From the IMG/VR virus record IMGVR_UViG_3300042319_001124: 64,000 nucleotides of DNA; one strand, written 5' to 3'. Below the pieces are notes generated by a model. That model worked only from the letters and a program-made list of their open reading frames with translations. It was not told the DNA's origin and ran no database searches. This document shows, one piece after another, positions 1-8,471 of the stretch. Both the position numbers and the translations under genes were made by a program. This stretch comes from an uncultured virus (IMG/VR IMGVR_UViG_3300042319_001124). Lineage: Duplodnaviria > Heunggongvirae > Uroviricota > Caudoviricetes. Numbering within the stretch: position 1 is the first letter of the stretch; each line of letters opens with the position of its first letter.

Positions 1-433
1 TAATGTCTTTAGGCTTATAGATTGGAGCTCCTGTTCTTAGATTAACATCTGACATACTAAATCCAATAAAGAACTGTTGCATCTTTTCAGCTGCAGATTT
101 AGCTGCCATATAATAGTTATAAGTTACTGAAGCTTCTGCTTGAAACTCTTTTAACTTATTTATACCTTGAATAAGTAACTTATCATTAGGGTCCCAATCA
201 GCTCTTGTAATGATATCCTTAATAATTTTATAAGGTCTTTCATTTTCAGGGTAACCTGAATAAGGGTTACTCTTTTGTATGGATGCCATAAACTCAATGT
301 AAGAGAAGTCCTCTATAGCATATCTTTTATCTGCAGAGTCATCTCTGTCCCAAATTTCTTTAAAAATTGGGACAAGAAGAGTTTCTGTTGTAGGAGAGAC
401 TACTTTGCTCTCCACTGTAAATAGTAAACTCAT
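1..433 (-). CDS. Conserved crAss-like protein, 3' end outside window (possibly terminase small subunit-like)
   Basis: Not in ORF track. ATG at 433 opens MSLLFTVESKVVSPTTETLLVPIFKEIWDRDDSADKRYAIEDFSYIEFM..., with no stop before base 1. The F-x-x-IW-x-RD pattern resembles a crAss-like gene I recall near the terminase. Confidence 0.6.
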   Translation of the reverse strand, partial: MSLLFTVESKVVSPTTETLLVPIFKEIWDRDDSADKRYAIEDFSYIEFMASIQKSNPYSGYPENERPYKIIKDIITRADWDPNDKLLIQGINKLKEFQAEASVTYNYYMAAKSAAEKMQQFFIGFSMSDVNLRTGAPIYKPKDI

Positions 434-445
434 AGGTTTATTTTT

Positions 446-688
446 TTATAAAATTTTTAATCTATCTATTAAATCTTCATAAGCTAAAGCACAAGAAAAG
501 TTTTCTTTTCCTATGTGTATAATGCAGTATTCATATCCATCTTTTTCTTCTCTAGGACTTACTGCATCAATATGGTAAAAGAACATCTTCTTTAACTCAC
601 ACTGAGTAATGTGAAAATCTAAATCTAAATCTTCTAACTGATCTGTTAGATCATTGTGAAAATAAATAGGAAGTTCTATACCTTTCAT
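446..688 (-). CDS. Hypothetical protein
   Basis: 80 aa, tightly packed in the minus-strand operon. Confidence 0.6.
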   Translation of the reverse strand: MKGIELPIYFHNDLTDQLEDLDLDFHITQCELKKMFFYHIDAVSPREEKDGYEYCIIHIGKENFSCALAYEDLIDRLKIL

Positions 689-690
689 AA

Positions 691-1269
691 CTATACTTTA
701 AAGATTGCTGTTGATCTATTTAACCACCCTTTTAAGAATTTACCTAACTTAATATTTGCTTTTACAAGTTGGTTGTAAGTTGTGTTTCTTGCTTTATAAA
801 GACATTCTTCAGTTACAAACTGCATTTTCTCCCTAGTAGCAGGACCAATGATTCCATCAGCAGGGACTTTAGCACATCCTTGCATTATCTTAATTGCTCT
901 AAGATTGCCCATGTTATAAGCAATATCAAAATACATAAGCCTAGATTCAAGAGGTAATATAAAAGCATTAATAGCTCTGTAGTATTTCGTGTAAGCCAAA
1001 GCTGCAGCTTCTTCATAACTTGTGTCTTTAAAATCATCAAAACTTTTAAATAATTCTTTGTTGTGATTGTAAGCAATTCCCCATAGTGTATACCCTCCTG
1101 AATCTCCTGCTACATTATGTAAGTTTCCTCCTGCTTTAGGGTTAGGAACTCCTTCCCATACTAAAGTTCTATTAAAGATGTATTCCTTAAAATATTCAAA
1201 CTCTTTCTCTACTGTCGGATTAGCTTTTGCTAACCTTAAGTAATCTTCTATACTTAGTTTATTTGCCAT
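691..1269 (-). CDS. Endolysin, glycoside hydrolase family 108 with C-terminal peptidoglycan-binding region
   Basis: WEG...GDSGGYTLWGI, DGIIGPAT and C-terminal KFLKGWLNR motifs typical of GH108 lysozymes. Confidence 0.85.
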   Translation of the reverse strand: MANKLSIEDYLRLAKANPTVEKEFEYFKEYIFNRTLVWEGVPNPKAGGNLHNVAGDSGGYTLWGIAYNHNKELFKSFDDFKDTSYEEAAALAYTKYYRAINAFILPLESRLMYFDIAYNMGNLRAIKIMQGCAKVPADGIIGPATREKMQFVTEECLYKARNTTYNQLVKANIKLGKFLKGWLNRSTAIFKV

Positions 1270-1459
1270 TTCTTTTAAATGTTATGTTAGGTTTAACGAT
1301 AATGTCTTTGTGTGTATACTGCCAAAGTTCTCCAGTTTGATTAATAATAACTGTATAAAGAGTATCTGTTTCATGACCATAGTCAGTAACAAGCCACACA
1401 ATTCCATCTCCTTTAGGAGTAGTTACATCAACCCTATTTATTGGCTCAAAGATTATCAT
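1259..1459 (-). CDS. Hypothetical protein
   Basis: 66 aa, overlaps both neighbours by a few nucleotides. Confidence 0.6.
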   Translation of the reverse strand: MIIFEPINRVDVTTPKGDGIVWLVTDYGHETDTLYTVIINQTGELWQYTHKDIIVKPNITFKRNGK

Positions 1460-1749
1460 TTACTTCTTGTTCCTTTGATTGTTAGTACATCTGTTGTACC
1501 ATCTTCATATTTAACGTCAATCCTTTTATTTATAGATTGTACTCCTGCTACTTGATTAGGCATAGCTGCATTACTATAAGTAACATTTAACTCTTTCTTT
1601 TTTTCATCGTATTTACTTGCAGTGCAACCACAATAAGCCTTTACTTCTTTAATCTTAGGTATATTAGGAAGAGCATTAAAAGTAAGTTTTACAGGACTGC
1701 CTGCTTTAATAAGTCCTAAGTTTATTACAGGATTTTTCCAGTGTGACAT
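1456..1749 (-). CDS. DUF1573-like Ig-fold protein
   Basis: VKAYCGCTA motif in a beta-rich 97-aa protein, typical of Bacteroidota DUF1573. Confidence 0.6.
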   Translation of the reverse strand: MSHWKNPVINLGLIKAGSPVKLTFNALPNIPKIKEVKAYCGCTASKYDEKKKELNVTYSNAAMPNQVAGVQSINKRIDVKYEDGTTDVLTIKGTRSK

Positions 1750-1750
1750 A

Positions 1751-2110
1751 TTAGATAATTTTATGGGTTATTCTTAGTTCAAACTCTCTTGGTTTAGATG
1801 AATTCCAATATCTAAACTCAATGTTATATTCTCTTTTGTAGATAAGCCAGTCAGTCTCATCCATCATAATAGGATAGCACTTACCTCCGCAAGTCTTATC
1901 AGCCATCTGTAATGCTGGAGTAGTACATCCACATTCAAGACACTCTCCATTAGAGTAACATTCTTTATTCATTACAAATAACCTATAGTTAATCTGCTCA
2001 AATATATGTAAAGGTAGTAACCAATTAAAGTACTTACTGTAGAAAAGTTTCTCTCTAAGATTTCCTTGTATGTATGCTTTAATGTTACTTAAGTTGATTT
2101 TTGCTTTCAT
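1751..2110 (-). CDS. Cys-rich (Zn-binding) hypothetical protein
   Basis: ECYSNGECLECGC...TCGGKCYP. Confidence 0.6.
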   Translation of the reverse strand: MKAKINLSNIKAYIQGNLREKLFYSKYFNWLLPLHIFEQINYRLFVMNKECYSNGECLECGCTTPALQMADKTCGGKCYPIMMDETDWLIYKREYNIEFRYWNSSKPREFELRITHKII

Positions 2111-2417
2111 CTTCTTTTCTTTTTAAAAATTTCTCAAATTGATCTTTCTTCTTGAAGTAATTTACAGGAGTAATCCTATGTTCTTTAAACATCTTTTCAT
2201 AAACCTTCAAATAATACTCTGCCCTCTTAGGGTATACAACAAAAGTACCAAAAAACTTTAACCTAGTAGTTGGAAACTCTCCTGATTCAATTCCTTTCCT
2301 TGCTTCTATAAAAGGAGCAGAACATATCTGATTTACTTGTTCTAAAGTAAGATGAGGGTAAGTCTGTTTGACATACTCATAATACTCATGTATAAGATCA
2401 GGATGCAACAGTTTCAT
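2085..2417 (-). CDS. IHF/HU-like DNA-binding protein
   Basis: Helical N-terminus followed by TRLKFFGTFVV, resembling the HU 'l.gFGtF' strand; IHF-like genes are typical of crAss-like late modules. Confidence 0.55.
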   Translation of the reverse strand: MKLLHPDLIHEYYEYVKQTYPHLTLEQVNQICSAPFIEARKGIESGEFPTTRLKFFGTFVVYPKRAEYYLKVYEKMFKEHRITPVNYFKKKDQFEKFLKRKEDESKNQLK

Positions 2418-2770
2418 TATTCCTGTACTATTTTAAATTGGTAGTTCTGTTGTTTCTCTTCGGGGAGTAGTATAGGAGCTATTTCAATTACTCCCAACAC
2501 TTCTCTAATTGCACCTTTACCTCTAAGGGAAGAAAGATGATTAGATAAGCCACCATCTGACATGGATAGCATTGTCTTTACTTCCTTTCTGAAAGTAGTA
2601 CCAAACCTGTCTTTCTCAGCAAGTTCTCCCTTAAATGACATAAATGTACCAAGAACTTCTCTTTCTTTTGGAGTCAATTCTATGGGTAAAAAAGGGTTAA
2701 TAATGCTTAAATGGTAGATGTAATATTGGGCATCTTTTAACCCAACAATTCCTTTTTGAATTATTTTCAT
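2417..2770 (-). CDS. Winged helix-turn-helix protein
   Basis: LTPKEREVL...MSDGGLSNHLSSLRGKGAI pattern. Confidence 0.6.
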   Translation of the reverse strand: MKIIQKGIVGLKDAQYYIYHLSIINPFLPIELTPKEREVLGTFMSFKGELAEKDRFGTTFRKEVKTMLSMSDGGLSNHLSSLRGKGAIREVLGVIEIAPILLPEEKQQNYQFKIVQE

Positions 2771-2802
2771 AAATATTTAGTTAATGTTCACTTTTTCTGA
2801 AC

Positions 2803-3456
2803 TTATTCATAAATTGAACTTGGGCATTCAGGTATATCATTTATTTTACCTCCTAAAATCTGTATAACAAAATAACCTACAATGTAATTACATAGATACC
2901 AACCATCAGGTACTGTAGAACAGTCTGTTCCTGGTATACTGTAAGCTTCATTACCTACAACAAAAGCAACAGTTTGCATTCCTATTACACTAGGTGTATA
3001 AGGAGGTTGCCCAGAATTTAGTGCTTCACAAGCTTCTTCTAAACTACCTGTAAAATTAATAGGACTACCATATCCTATCTCAGAATATAGCTTACAACTC
3101 TCTATAGGAGTGGGTCTAGTACAAGATGAAGGAGGTAATTCACCTTCAAAAGTCACTTCATCCCCTACAAAATCTACACGAGAGCCATCAGGATTCAGAA
3201 ATCTTACATTATAATCCCCTTCATAAGGATATCTTTCTAAAGCTTCAGCAGCATAGGCAGCCATTTCAGAAGTTTCCAATAAAGGATCCAATAAAAAAGC
3301 ATCATACCCATTAATTCTAAGATAATCTAGCTTTTTTCTAGTCACAAACATCTCTCTTAGTCTACTTCCAGAGATATAAGAAAATTCTGCAGTATCTGTT
3401 CCATAAATTTCAGGATAAATACTTACACTTTGATTATAACCTTTATTACTATCCAT
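2803..3456 (-). CDS. Hypothetical protein
   Basis: 217-aa ORF in operon orientation. Confidence 0.65.
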   Translation of the reverse strand: MDSNKGYNQSVSIYPEIYGTDTAEFSYISGSRLREMFVTRKKLDYLRINGYDAFLLDPLLETSEMAAYAAEALERYPYEGDYNVRFLNPDGSRVDFVGDEVTFEGELPPSSCTRPTPIESCKLYSEIGYGSPINFTGSLEEACEALNSGQPPYTPSVIGMQTVAFVVGNEAYSIPGTDCSTVPDGWYLCNYIVGYFVIQILGGKINDIPECPSSIYE

Positions 3457-3463
3457 AACAATA

Positions 3464-3787
3464 CTATTTAATAAGATTTTTTTCTAATCTGTTACACTCA
3501 TTTTCTTGATTATCATCTACCACATCCATCATATTTTGCTCACCTAACATAAGATACTTATACACATAAGCATGAAGTGCATGTATAGCCTTAGCCTCAG
3601 TCTTTTCTGTAACTCTAAAAGGAATTAAGTAATACTTTCCATCATATCTCTTTCTAACTAAACTGCTAAATGCAATCTCTTTACCTGCTTCTTCTCTTCT
3701 AACTACAGGGTACATAGGCAATGAAGCCTTTAAGTCAGGGGCACTTTTAAGTCTAAGTACTTCAATAAGATGTTGGGTTAATTCCAT
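3464..3787 (-). CDS. Hypothetical protein, first gene of the leftward operon
   Basis: 107 aa, immediately downstream of a Bacteroidota-type promoter. Confidence 0.65.
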   Translation of the reverse strand: MELTQHLIEVLRLKSAPDLKASLPMYPVVRREEAGKEIAFSSLVRKRYDGKYYLIPFRVTEKTEAKAIHALHAYVYKYLMLGEQNMMDVVDDNQENECNRLEKNLIK

Positions 3788-3810
3788 AGATATTTAAGAT
3801 TAATATTTAG

Positions 3811-3818
3811 CAAAGTTA
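3811..3818 (-). promoter_or_regulatory. Bacteroidota housekeeping-sigma -7 element (TAACTTTG) for leftward operon
   Basis: Reverse complement of caaagtta matches TAnnTTTG, about 24 nt upstream of the ATG at 3787. Confidence 0.65.
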
Positions 3819-3843
3819 AGAATAATATTTAAACATGGTGTGT

Positions 3844-3896
3844 AATTTTTATAAAATTTTATGGTTATACCCTGAATTTTTTATAAAATTTTCAGG
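3844..3896. repeat. AT-rich direct and inverted repeat at the strand switch
   Basis: tttttataaaatttt occurs twice; the second copy lies within the imperfect palindrome cctgaa...ttcagg (3871-3896). Confidence 0.6.
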
Positions 3897-3930
3897 TTGT
3901 AAATTATGAAAGTGTGAATGTGTCCTGAGA

Positions 3931-3958
3931 CAAGACCCCCACTAAGGTAGAGGATTAC
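3931..3958 (+). promoter_or_regulatory. Degenerate copy of the early promoter motif
   Basis: caagacccccactaaggtagaggattac aligns without gaps to the motif. Confidence 0.35.
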
Positions 3959-4014
3959 AAGTCCCCCCTAGGGGAAAACTAAACTTGTAATTCTTCGCGG
4001 GTAAAATACTATAT

Positions 4015-4042
4015 CAAAACCCACACTTATTCAGAGTATTAA
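4015..4042 (+). promoter_or_regulatory. Phage early promoter motif CAAAACCCWCACT-N7-AGTATTAA, copy 1
   Basis: caaaacccacacttattcagagtattaa, 17 nt before ATG 4060. Confidence 0.8.
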
Positions 4043-4059
4043 CTTTAATTCATAACGTC

Positions 4060-4332
4060 ATGACTTTATCTGAAATCAAAACTCAACTTGGTTACGAATC
4101 TTTATCTTTGAACACTGTAGCTACTGCTACTGGTGAGAAAACATCATGGATGAAACACTGGGACAACACTAATCGTGTAGCAGTACTCATCCATAAAGAT
4201 ACGTTAGCCAAGCTGAAGGCCAACATGGCTTGCTCATCATTGGGCATCAAGACTGCCACTAAACAAGGCAGCAAAGGCGAATACAATGCACATACCATTG
4301 TGATGTATAATCCTGCTGAGGAGACACTATAG
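4060..4332 (+). CDS. Early protein, paralog 1 of 3 (WxKHWDN family, ends EETL)
   Basis: Obvious similarity to 4708..4983 and 5504..5779. Confidence 0.85.
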   Translation: MTLSEIKTQLGYESLSLNTVATATGEKTSWMKHWDNTNRVAVLIHKDTLAKLKANMACSSLGIKTATKQGSKGEYNAHTIVMYNPAEETL

Positions 4333-4342
4333 TCTCCTTAGC
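4315..4342 (+). terminator. Hairpin overlapping the stop codon
   Basis: gctgaggagac-actata-gtctccttagc; no U-tract follows. Confidence 0.5.
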
Positions 4343-4410
4343 ATGCCTACAACTATATAGATGCGTAATCAATGCGTAAGGCGTAACTCCTTAAAGATTG
4401 AGGAAATACA

Positions 4411-4433
4411 GGAAGAGAGCAATCTCTTCCTTT
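4411..4433 (+). terminator. Intrinsic terminator
   Basis: ggaagaga-gcaa-tctcttcc followed by ttt. Confidence 0.65.
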
Positions 4434-4455
4434 ATTTCTAACCATAAGCCTTGAA

Positions 4456-4483
4456 CAAAACCCACACTCAGTGAGAGTATTAA
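4456..4483 (+). promoter_or_regulatory. Early promoter motif, copy 2
   Basis: caaaacccacactcagtgagagtattaa. Confidence 0.8.
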
Positions 4484-4501
4484 CCTTTAATCTTACTTGA
4501 T

Positions 4502-4579
4502 ATGCAAGACATGATTAACGATAGCTATACTGATATCTTCATAGATATCTTAGCTACAGCAGATGAAGAAGAGCAATAG
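4502..4579 (+). CDS. 25-aa acidic micro-protein MQDMINDSYTDIFIDILATADEEEQ
   Basis: Below the ORF-track cutoff. Lies 18 nt after promoter copy 2 and ends in its own terminator. Confidence 0.6.
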   Translation: MQDMINDSYTDIFIDILATADEEEQ

Positions 4580-4597
4580 CTCTTCTTCTTTTTTTTT
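4565..4597 (+). terminator. Intrinsic terminator
   Basis: gaagaagagc-aata-gctcttcttc followed by a T9 run. Confidence 0.8.
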
Positions 4598-4661
4598 ATT
4601 TGTTATAGATAGTTGAGTTGGTTTAGTTATTGAGTTGTTTTTAGTTAAGTGTAGCTTGTCT

Positions 4662-4689
4662 CAAAACCCTCACTTATGTAGAGTATTAA
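4662..4689 (+). promoter_or_regulatory. Early promoter motif, copy 3
   Basis: caaaaccctcacttatgtagagtattaa. Confidence 0.8.
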
Positions 4690-4707
4690 TCATAAAACCT
4701 TTTAGAT

Positions 4708-4983
4708 ATGGCAACAATTGCAGAAGTTAAAGCAGGATTAGGAATCTCTACACTTAGTTTGAACACAGTTAAAACAGCTGCTGGAGAGAGCACAAGTTGG
4801 TTAAAGCACTGGGATAACTCAGAGCGAGTAGCTGTGTTGATACACAGAGATACTCTAGATGCCATTAAGGCAAATAGAGGAGTTGCTTCATTGGGGATAA
4901 ATACCCAAGTTAAACAGGGAGCAAAGGGAGAATACGTGGCGAAGACCATTGTGCTCTACAAAGAAGCAGAAGAGACCTTATAG
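4708..4983 (+). CDS. Early protein, paralog 2 of 3
   Basis: WLKHWDNSERVAVLIH...KQGAKGEYVAKTIV...EETL. Confidence 0.85.
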   Translation: MATIAEVKAGLGISTLSLNTVKTAAGESTSWLKHWDNSERVAVLIHRDTLDAIKANRGVASLGINTQVKQGAKGEYVAKTIVLYKEAEETL

Positions 4984-5009
4984 GTCTCTTTTGCTTTATT
5001 TGTTTTTTT
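4965..5009 (+). terminator. Terminator hairpin overlapping the stop codon
   Basis: agcagaagagacct-tat-aggtctcttttgct followed by a T-rich tail. Confidence 0.7.
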
Positions 5010-5019
5010 ACCCTCAACT

Positions 5020-5047
5020 CAAAACCCACACTTATTTACAGTATTAA
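5020..5047 (+). promoter_or_regulatory. Early promoter motif, copy 4
   Basis: caaaacccacacttatttacagtattaa. Confidence 0.8.
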
Positions 5048-5063
5048 TTTAATCTTTATTGCT

Positions 5064-5336
5064 ATGAGATATGTCAGAGTAAATGCATTGTTGAGAGAGC
5101 CAAACTTAACAATTGAAAGATTAGCTGAATTAATGCTTCTCGATTCTATTAATCCTAATGAAAAGTTAGGAATAGTAGATAATAATGAAATTATTTATTC
5201 CTCTTTGAGTAATAATGATTTGTTATCTATTAGAGAAGTTATTAATAAGGAGCTAAATAGTAGACTTCTTGAGATAGAAGAACATTACCTATCTTTTAGA
5301 GATAAGGTAAAGGGTAAAGAAGAGAGGGAGCTTTAG
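5064..5336 (+). CDS. Early hypothetical protein
   Basis: 90 aa between promoter copy 4 and a terminator. Confidence 0.75.
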   Translation: MRYVRVNALLREPNLTIERLAELMLLDSINPNEKLGIVDNNEIIYSSLSNNDLLSIREVINKELNSRLLEIEEHYLSFRDKVKGKEEREL

Positions 5337-5350
5337 CTCCTTTTCTTTTT
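5318..5350 (+). terminator. Terminator overlapping the stop codon
   Basis: agaagagagggagc-ttta-gctccttttctttt. Confidence 0.7.
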
Positions 5351-5459
5351 ATAAAGTGTACCGAAGCTGGTGCATAGGGATAAAAGATAAGACATTGATA
5401 GCTTCTACAAGTGTCTTATCTTCCCTTTTTTTATTCATTTATTATAGGGGTCCTTGTCG

Positions 5460-5487
5460 CAAAACCCTCACTAATTTGGAGTATTAA
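5460..5487 (+). promoter_or_regulatory. Early promoter motif, copy 5
   Basis: caaaaccctcactaatttggagtattaa. Confidence 0.8.
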
Positions 5488-5503
5488 TTTTAAACTTTAA
5501 AAG

Positions 5504-5779
5504 ATGGCTACATTAGCAGAGATTAAAAATGTTTTAGGTTACGATGCTCTTAATTTAAATACAGTTACCACAGTTAGTGGAGAAAAGACTGATTGGATGA
5601 AGCATTGGGATAATAATAGCAGAGTTGCTGTTCTTATTCATAAGGATACATTAGCTAAAGTTAAAGCTAATGGTGCAATTGCCACATTGGGAATAAATAC
5701 CCAAATAAAGCAAGGTGCTAAAGGTGAATATGTTGCTAAAACTATAGTAGCATACACAGAAGCAGAGGAAACTTTATAG
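5504..5779 (+). CDS. Early protein, paralog 3 of 3
   Basis: WMKHWDNNSRVAVLIHKDTL...EETL. Confidence 0.85.
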   Translation: MATLAEIKNVLGYDALNLNTVTTVSGEKTDWMKHWDNNSRVAVLIHKDTLAKVKANGAIATLGINTQIKQGAKGEYVAKTIVAYTEAEETL

Positions 5780-5795
5780 TTTCTTCTGTTTCTTT
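5759..5795 (+). terminator. Hairpin overlapping the stop codon
   Basis: gaagcagaggaaact-ttat-agtttcttctgtttc. Confidence 0.6.
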
Positions 5796-6215
5796 CACAA
5801 ATAGATATGTGTTGGAAAACCCTCTCCTTCACATATCTACTTTTTTCAATTACAATAATTTGCTGTTATATACTATTAATAGCATTTTCTTATAATAAGT
5901 TAAAAAGCCTACACACAATCTGGTCATCCTTAATTACAGAGTGTAAACCTTTAGATATTAAATTAAGCTATGTTATCTATTGGACTTATTATTTTAATCA
6001 ATACATAGATGGGCTATTATATGCCAAGCATGTGGTAATGCAATGTATCCCAAAAAACTCAATAACTTTCCAAGATGTTGAGGACACCAGTTTCTTTAAG
6101 TTGTAAATATGCAGTGCTTAGTAATAAGTAATTAGTCCATACCATGTGGAGTGCAAAAATATCAGGTAACTATAAAGTTTTAGGTGTAAAACACAATCAT
6201 TTAATCCAACACAAG

Positions 6216-6440
6216 ATGAAAAATCTATTTATTATCGCATTCCTTTTCCTTTCTTTATCTATGTCAGCTCAAAAAGTTTACAACTTAGATAAAAAGAAAG
6301 AAGTAGCAACAGCTACTAAAACTGCAGACATTGCTATTTATCACGGTGAAGAACTACCTGTGTATAAATCAGCAAGAGGCAAATTCTTTATTTATGTTAC
6401 CTCTAAATCAGGTAATAAGTACAAAAAATACTTAAAATAA
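6216..6440 (+). CDS. Small exported protein with Sec signal peptide
   Basis: Likely start at 6216: MKNLFIIAFLFLSLSMSA|Q resembles a Bacteroidota SPI signal. The ORF track start (6144) is probably too early. Confidence 0.7.
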   Translation: MKNLFIIAFLFLSLSMSAQKVYNLDKKKEVATATKTADIAIYHGEELPVYKSARGKFFIYVTSKSGNKYKKYLK

Positions 6441-6444
6441 CATT

Positions 6445-6756
6445 ATGAGCAAAGAAATTGTTTATTGGACTATGAAAAGTGGTATACGAATTAATGTAGA
6501 CCACATGGATTTAAATCATTTGAGAAATACTCTCAAGATGATAATTAGAACTAATAGCAGTTCACCTCTTTCTAGACAACAGTTTAGAATGAATGGTGAA
6601 CTTGCTAATGATGATGCTGAATTAGCTATGCTATATAACATTTCTCCTGAACTAACATGTACATGTGATGAATATGGAGAATGTCAGCAATGCTATCAAG
6701 ACAGAAAGAATGAAAGTGACCTTAATGCATTTGAATCTCAAGTTTTTGAGTTATGA
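6445..6756 (+). CDS. Hypothetical protein with Cys cluster
   Basis: 103 aa; CTCDEYGECQQC. Confidence 0.65.
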   Translation: MSKEIVYWTMKSGIRINVDHMDLNHLRNTLKMIIRTNSSSPLSRQQFRMNGELANDDAELAMLYNISPELTCTCDEYGECQQCYQDRKNESDLNAFESQVFEL

Positions 6757-6938
6757 AGCAAGAAACCTTTCTAATTGTGGGGACATCAATTGTCCTCACA
6801 ATGGCTTTCTTTTTAGGAGGCAAGCACAAATCTTGTGCTCAAAGATTATTTACTAACCATGATACTGAATACAAAGAGTATAGATTCATCTCAACAGAGA
6901 TGGCAACTCAAACAGATTCATTATCAACAAACTATTAA
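6753..6938 (+). CDS. Small membrane protein
   Basis: ATGA overlap with upstream gene; N-terminal hydrophobic helix. Confidence 0.6.
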   Translation: MKQETFLIVGTSIVLTMAFFLGGKHKSCAQRLFTNHDTEYKEYRFISTEMATQTDSLSTNY

Positions 6939-6941
6939 AAG

Positions 6942-7172
6942 ATGAAACAAGAATTAACTTGCATCGTAGCTATTATAACAGTGTTTGTAATAGGAGCTTT
7001 CTTTGGCACTAAGCTAGAAGAAAGAAAAACAAGAGTAAACAAATATCCTTCTCCTGAATACCAATTTGTAGTAACTGATGATTCAATAGCAGTTCAAGAC
7101 TTTGGTAGAAAAGTAGGTACAGTTAAAATTGAAGGTCAATTAAAACAACTAATTGACAAAGACAATGAGTAA
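6942..7172 (+). CDS. Small membrane protein
   Basis: N-terminal TM helix; MKQE start and 'AFF.G.K...EY.F' layout resemble 6753..6938 (possible paralog). Confidence 0.65.
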   Translation: MKQELTCIVAIITVFVIGAFFGTKLEERKTRVNKYPSPEYQFVVTDDSIAVQDFGRKVGTVKIEGQLKQLIDKDNE

Positions 7173-7467
7173 TTTATGGGCTCTATCCAATAGAGCCTAT
7201 AAATAGCTTTTATTTAAATCCTATTACGGTAATAGGTCAGCTATAAAAAGATGCTGTTTATTAACTACTACTTATGTAGTCCTGTAGTCAAGTAATATCA
7301 GATATCTTGACCTTGAAACAAACTGAAGTGATTATTGTAGTAGTCACGCTATCATATAATTGTTTGTGGGTAAACATTACAGTAACCTTCCCTTTCTACA
7401 TTCACATACACAGTAGGTTAAGCTGTGTTATTTTAATCAATTATTTAATCCACTTATTTAATTTGTT

Positions 7468-7668
7468 ATGAACAAACAATTATTATTACAAATGCTTGAA
7501 TTAGCATCTGATAATCACCCTTCTAAAGCTCTTTCTGAACTATGTTTACAAATAGCTGTTGATCCTGACCTTGAAGACAATGTTTATGTACCTGATTTTA
7601 CTAATGAATTTTATTCAGTTCAAAGTATTAGATGGATTAAACAATGCTTTCATTTTAAGCTTACCTAA
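7468..7668 (+). CDS. Hypothetical protein
   Basis: 66-aa ORF. Confidence 0.55.
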   Translation: MNKQLLLQMLELASDNHPSKALSELCLQIAVDPDLEDNVYVPDFTNEFYSVQSIRWIKQCFHFKLT

Positions 7669-7779
7669 TCTACAAGATGTAATAACCACAGATAAAACTA
7701 TGTATTTAGTGGAATGTGATAGACTATGAGTTCTATTTGTTATTACATCTTATTTTTATAACCAATTATTTAATCCAAC

Positions 7780-8289
7780 ATGAAATCAGAAAAAGACATC
7801 ACAATTAATGCTAAATATAATATAGCATCAGAATGGTTAATATCTAGAGGATATAGCTTAACTTATAGCAATCATCCTTCATCAGATATTAGAGAGTTTC
7901 ACTTTATTAAAAATAAAGTTAGAATCAAAGTATTTATCAATGAAGAAGTATATTATTGTACTGCAGTGTGTCAACTAAATAGTGACCCTGTTTGTACTTT
8001 AAACACTGGAAGATATATGATACACAATGAAGATATCTTTGATGCAATTAATGTATTAGTTAAAAGCAAAGAAAAGATAGACTCAACTAAAAGAATGAGA
8101 GAACCTGTTATTCAAACAGGCTGGGAATTCTGGTTTGTATCTTCAGTAGTAGTAGTAATAGTAATGCTATTTTTAGGCACAATAGAAGACAGCAAAACCT
8201 TTCTTCCTTATTGGCCTTATTTTCTTGTACTTGCTTTTATCAACCTATTAACTTGTCTTTATTATGGAACAAGACCAATTAAAGACTAA
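7780..8289 (+). CDS. Membrane protein with two C-terminal TM helices
   Basis: WEFWFVSSVVVVIVMLFLG and YWPYFLVLAFINLLTCLYYG. Confidence 0.7.
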   Translation: MKSEKDITINAKYNIASEWLISRGYSLTYSNHPSSDIREFHFIKNKVRIKVFINEEVYYCTAVCQLNSDPVCTLNTGRYMIHNEDIFDAINVLVKSKEKIDSTKRMREPVIQTGWEFWFVSSVVVVIVMLFLGTIEDSKTFLPYWPYFLVLAFINLLTCLYYGTRPIKD

Positions 8290-8303
8290 ATAGTATTATA
8301 ATA

Positions 8304-8332
8304 AATAACCCCTCATATTCAGAGGGGTTATT
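8304..8332. terminator. Hairpin terminator, possibly bidirectional
   Basis: aataacccctc-atattca-gaggggttatt. Confidence 0.65.
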
Positions 8333-8471
8333 ACTATTTACATTTACTTTGTATACGACAAAAGAAAAAAGTACCAAAAAAGAAAACACTATAATACACC
8401 TCTTTATCAGCTGAAGCGATACAGAGCTTTATTCTGGACTTATGCGTAAGTGCAGAGAAAACTCTGAGAAG

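Noticed and set aside
4015..5487. Repeated 28-bp motif as a CRISPR array or iterons
   Set aside because: Spacing is 200-440 nt and irregular, the intervals contain genes, the motif centre is variable, and no cas genes are visible
5807..6106. 99-aa hydrophobic ORF
   Set aside because: Atypical composition, no clear promoter or coupling; left uncalled though not excluded
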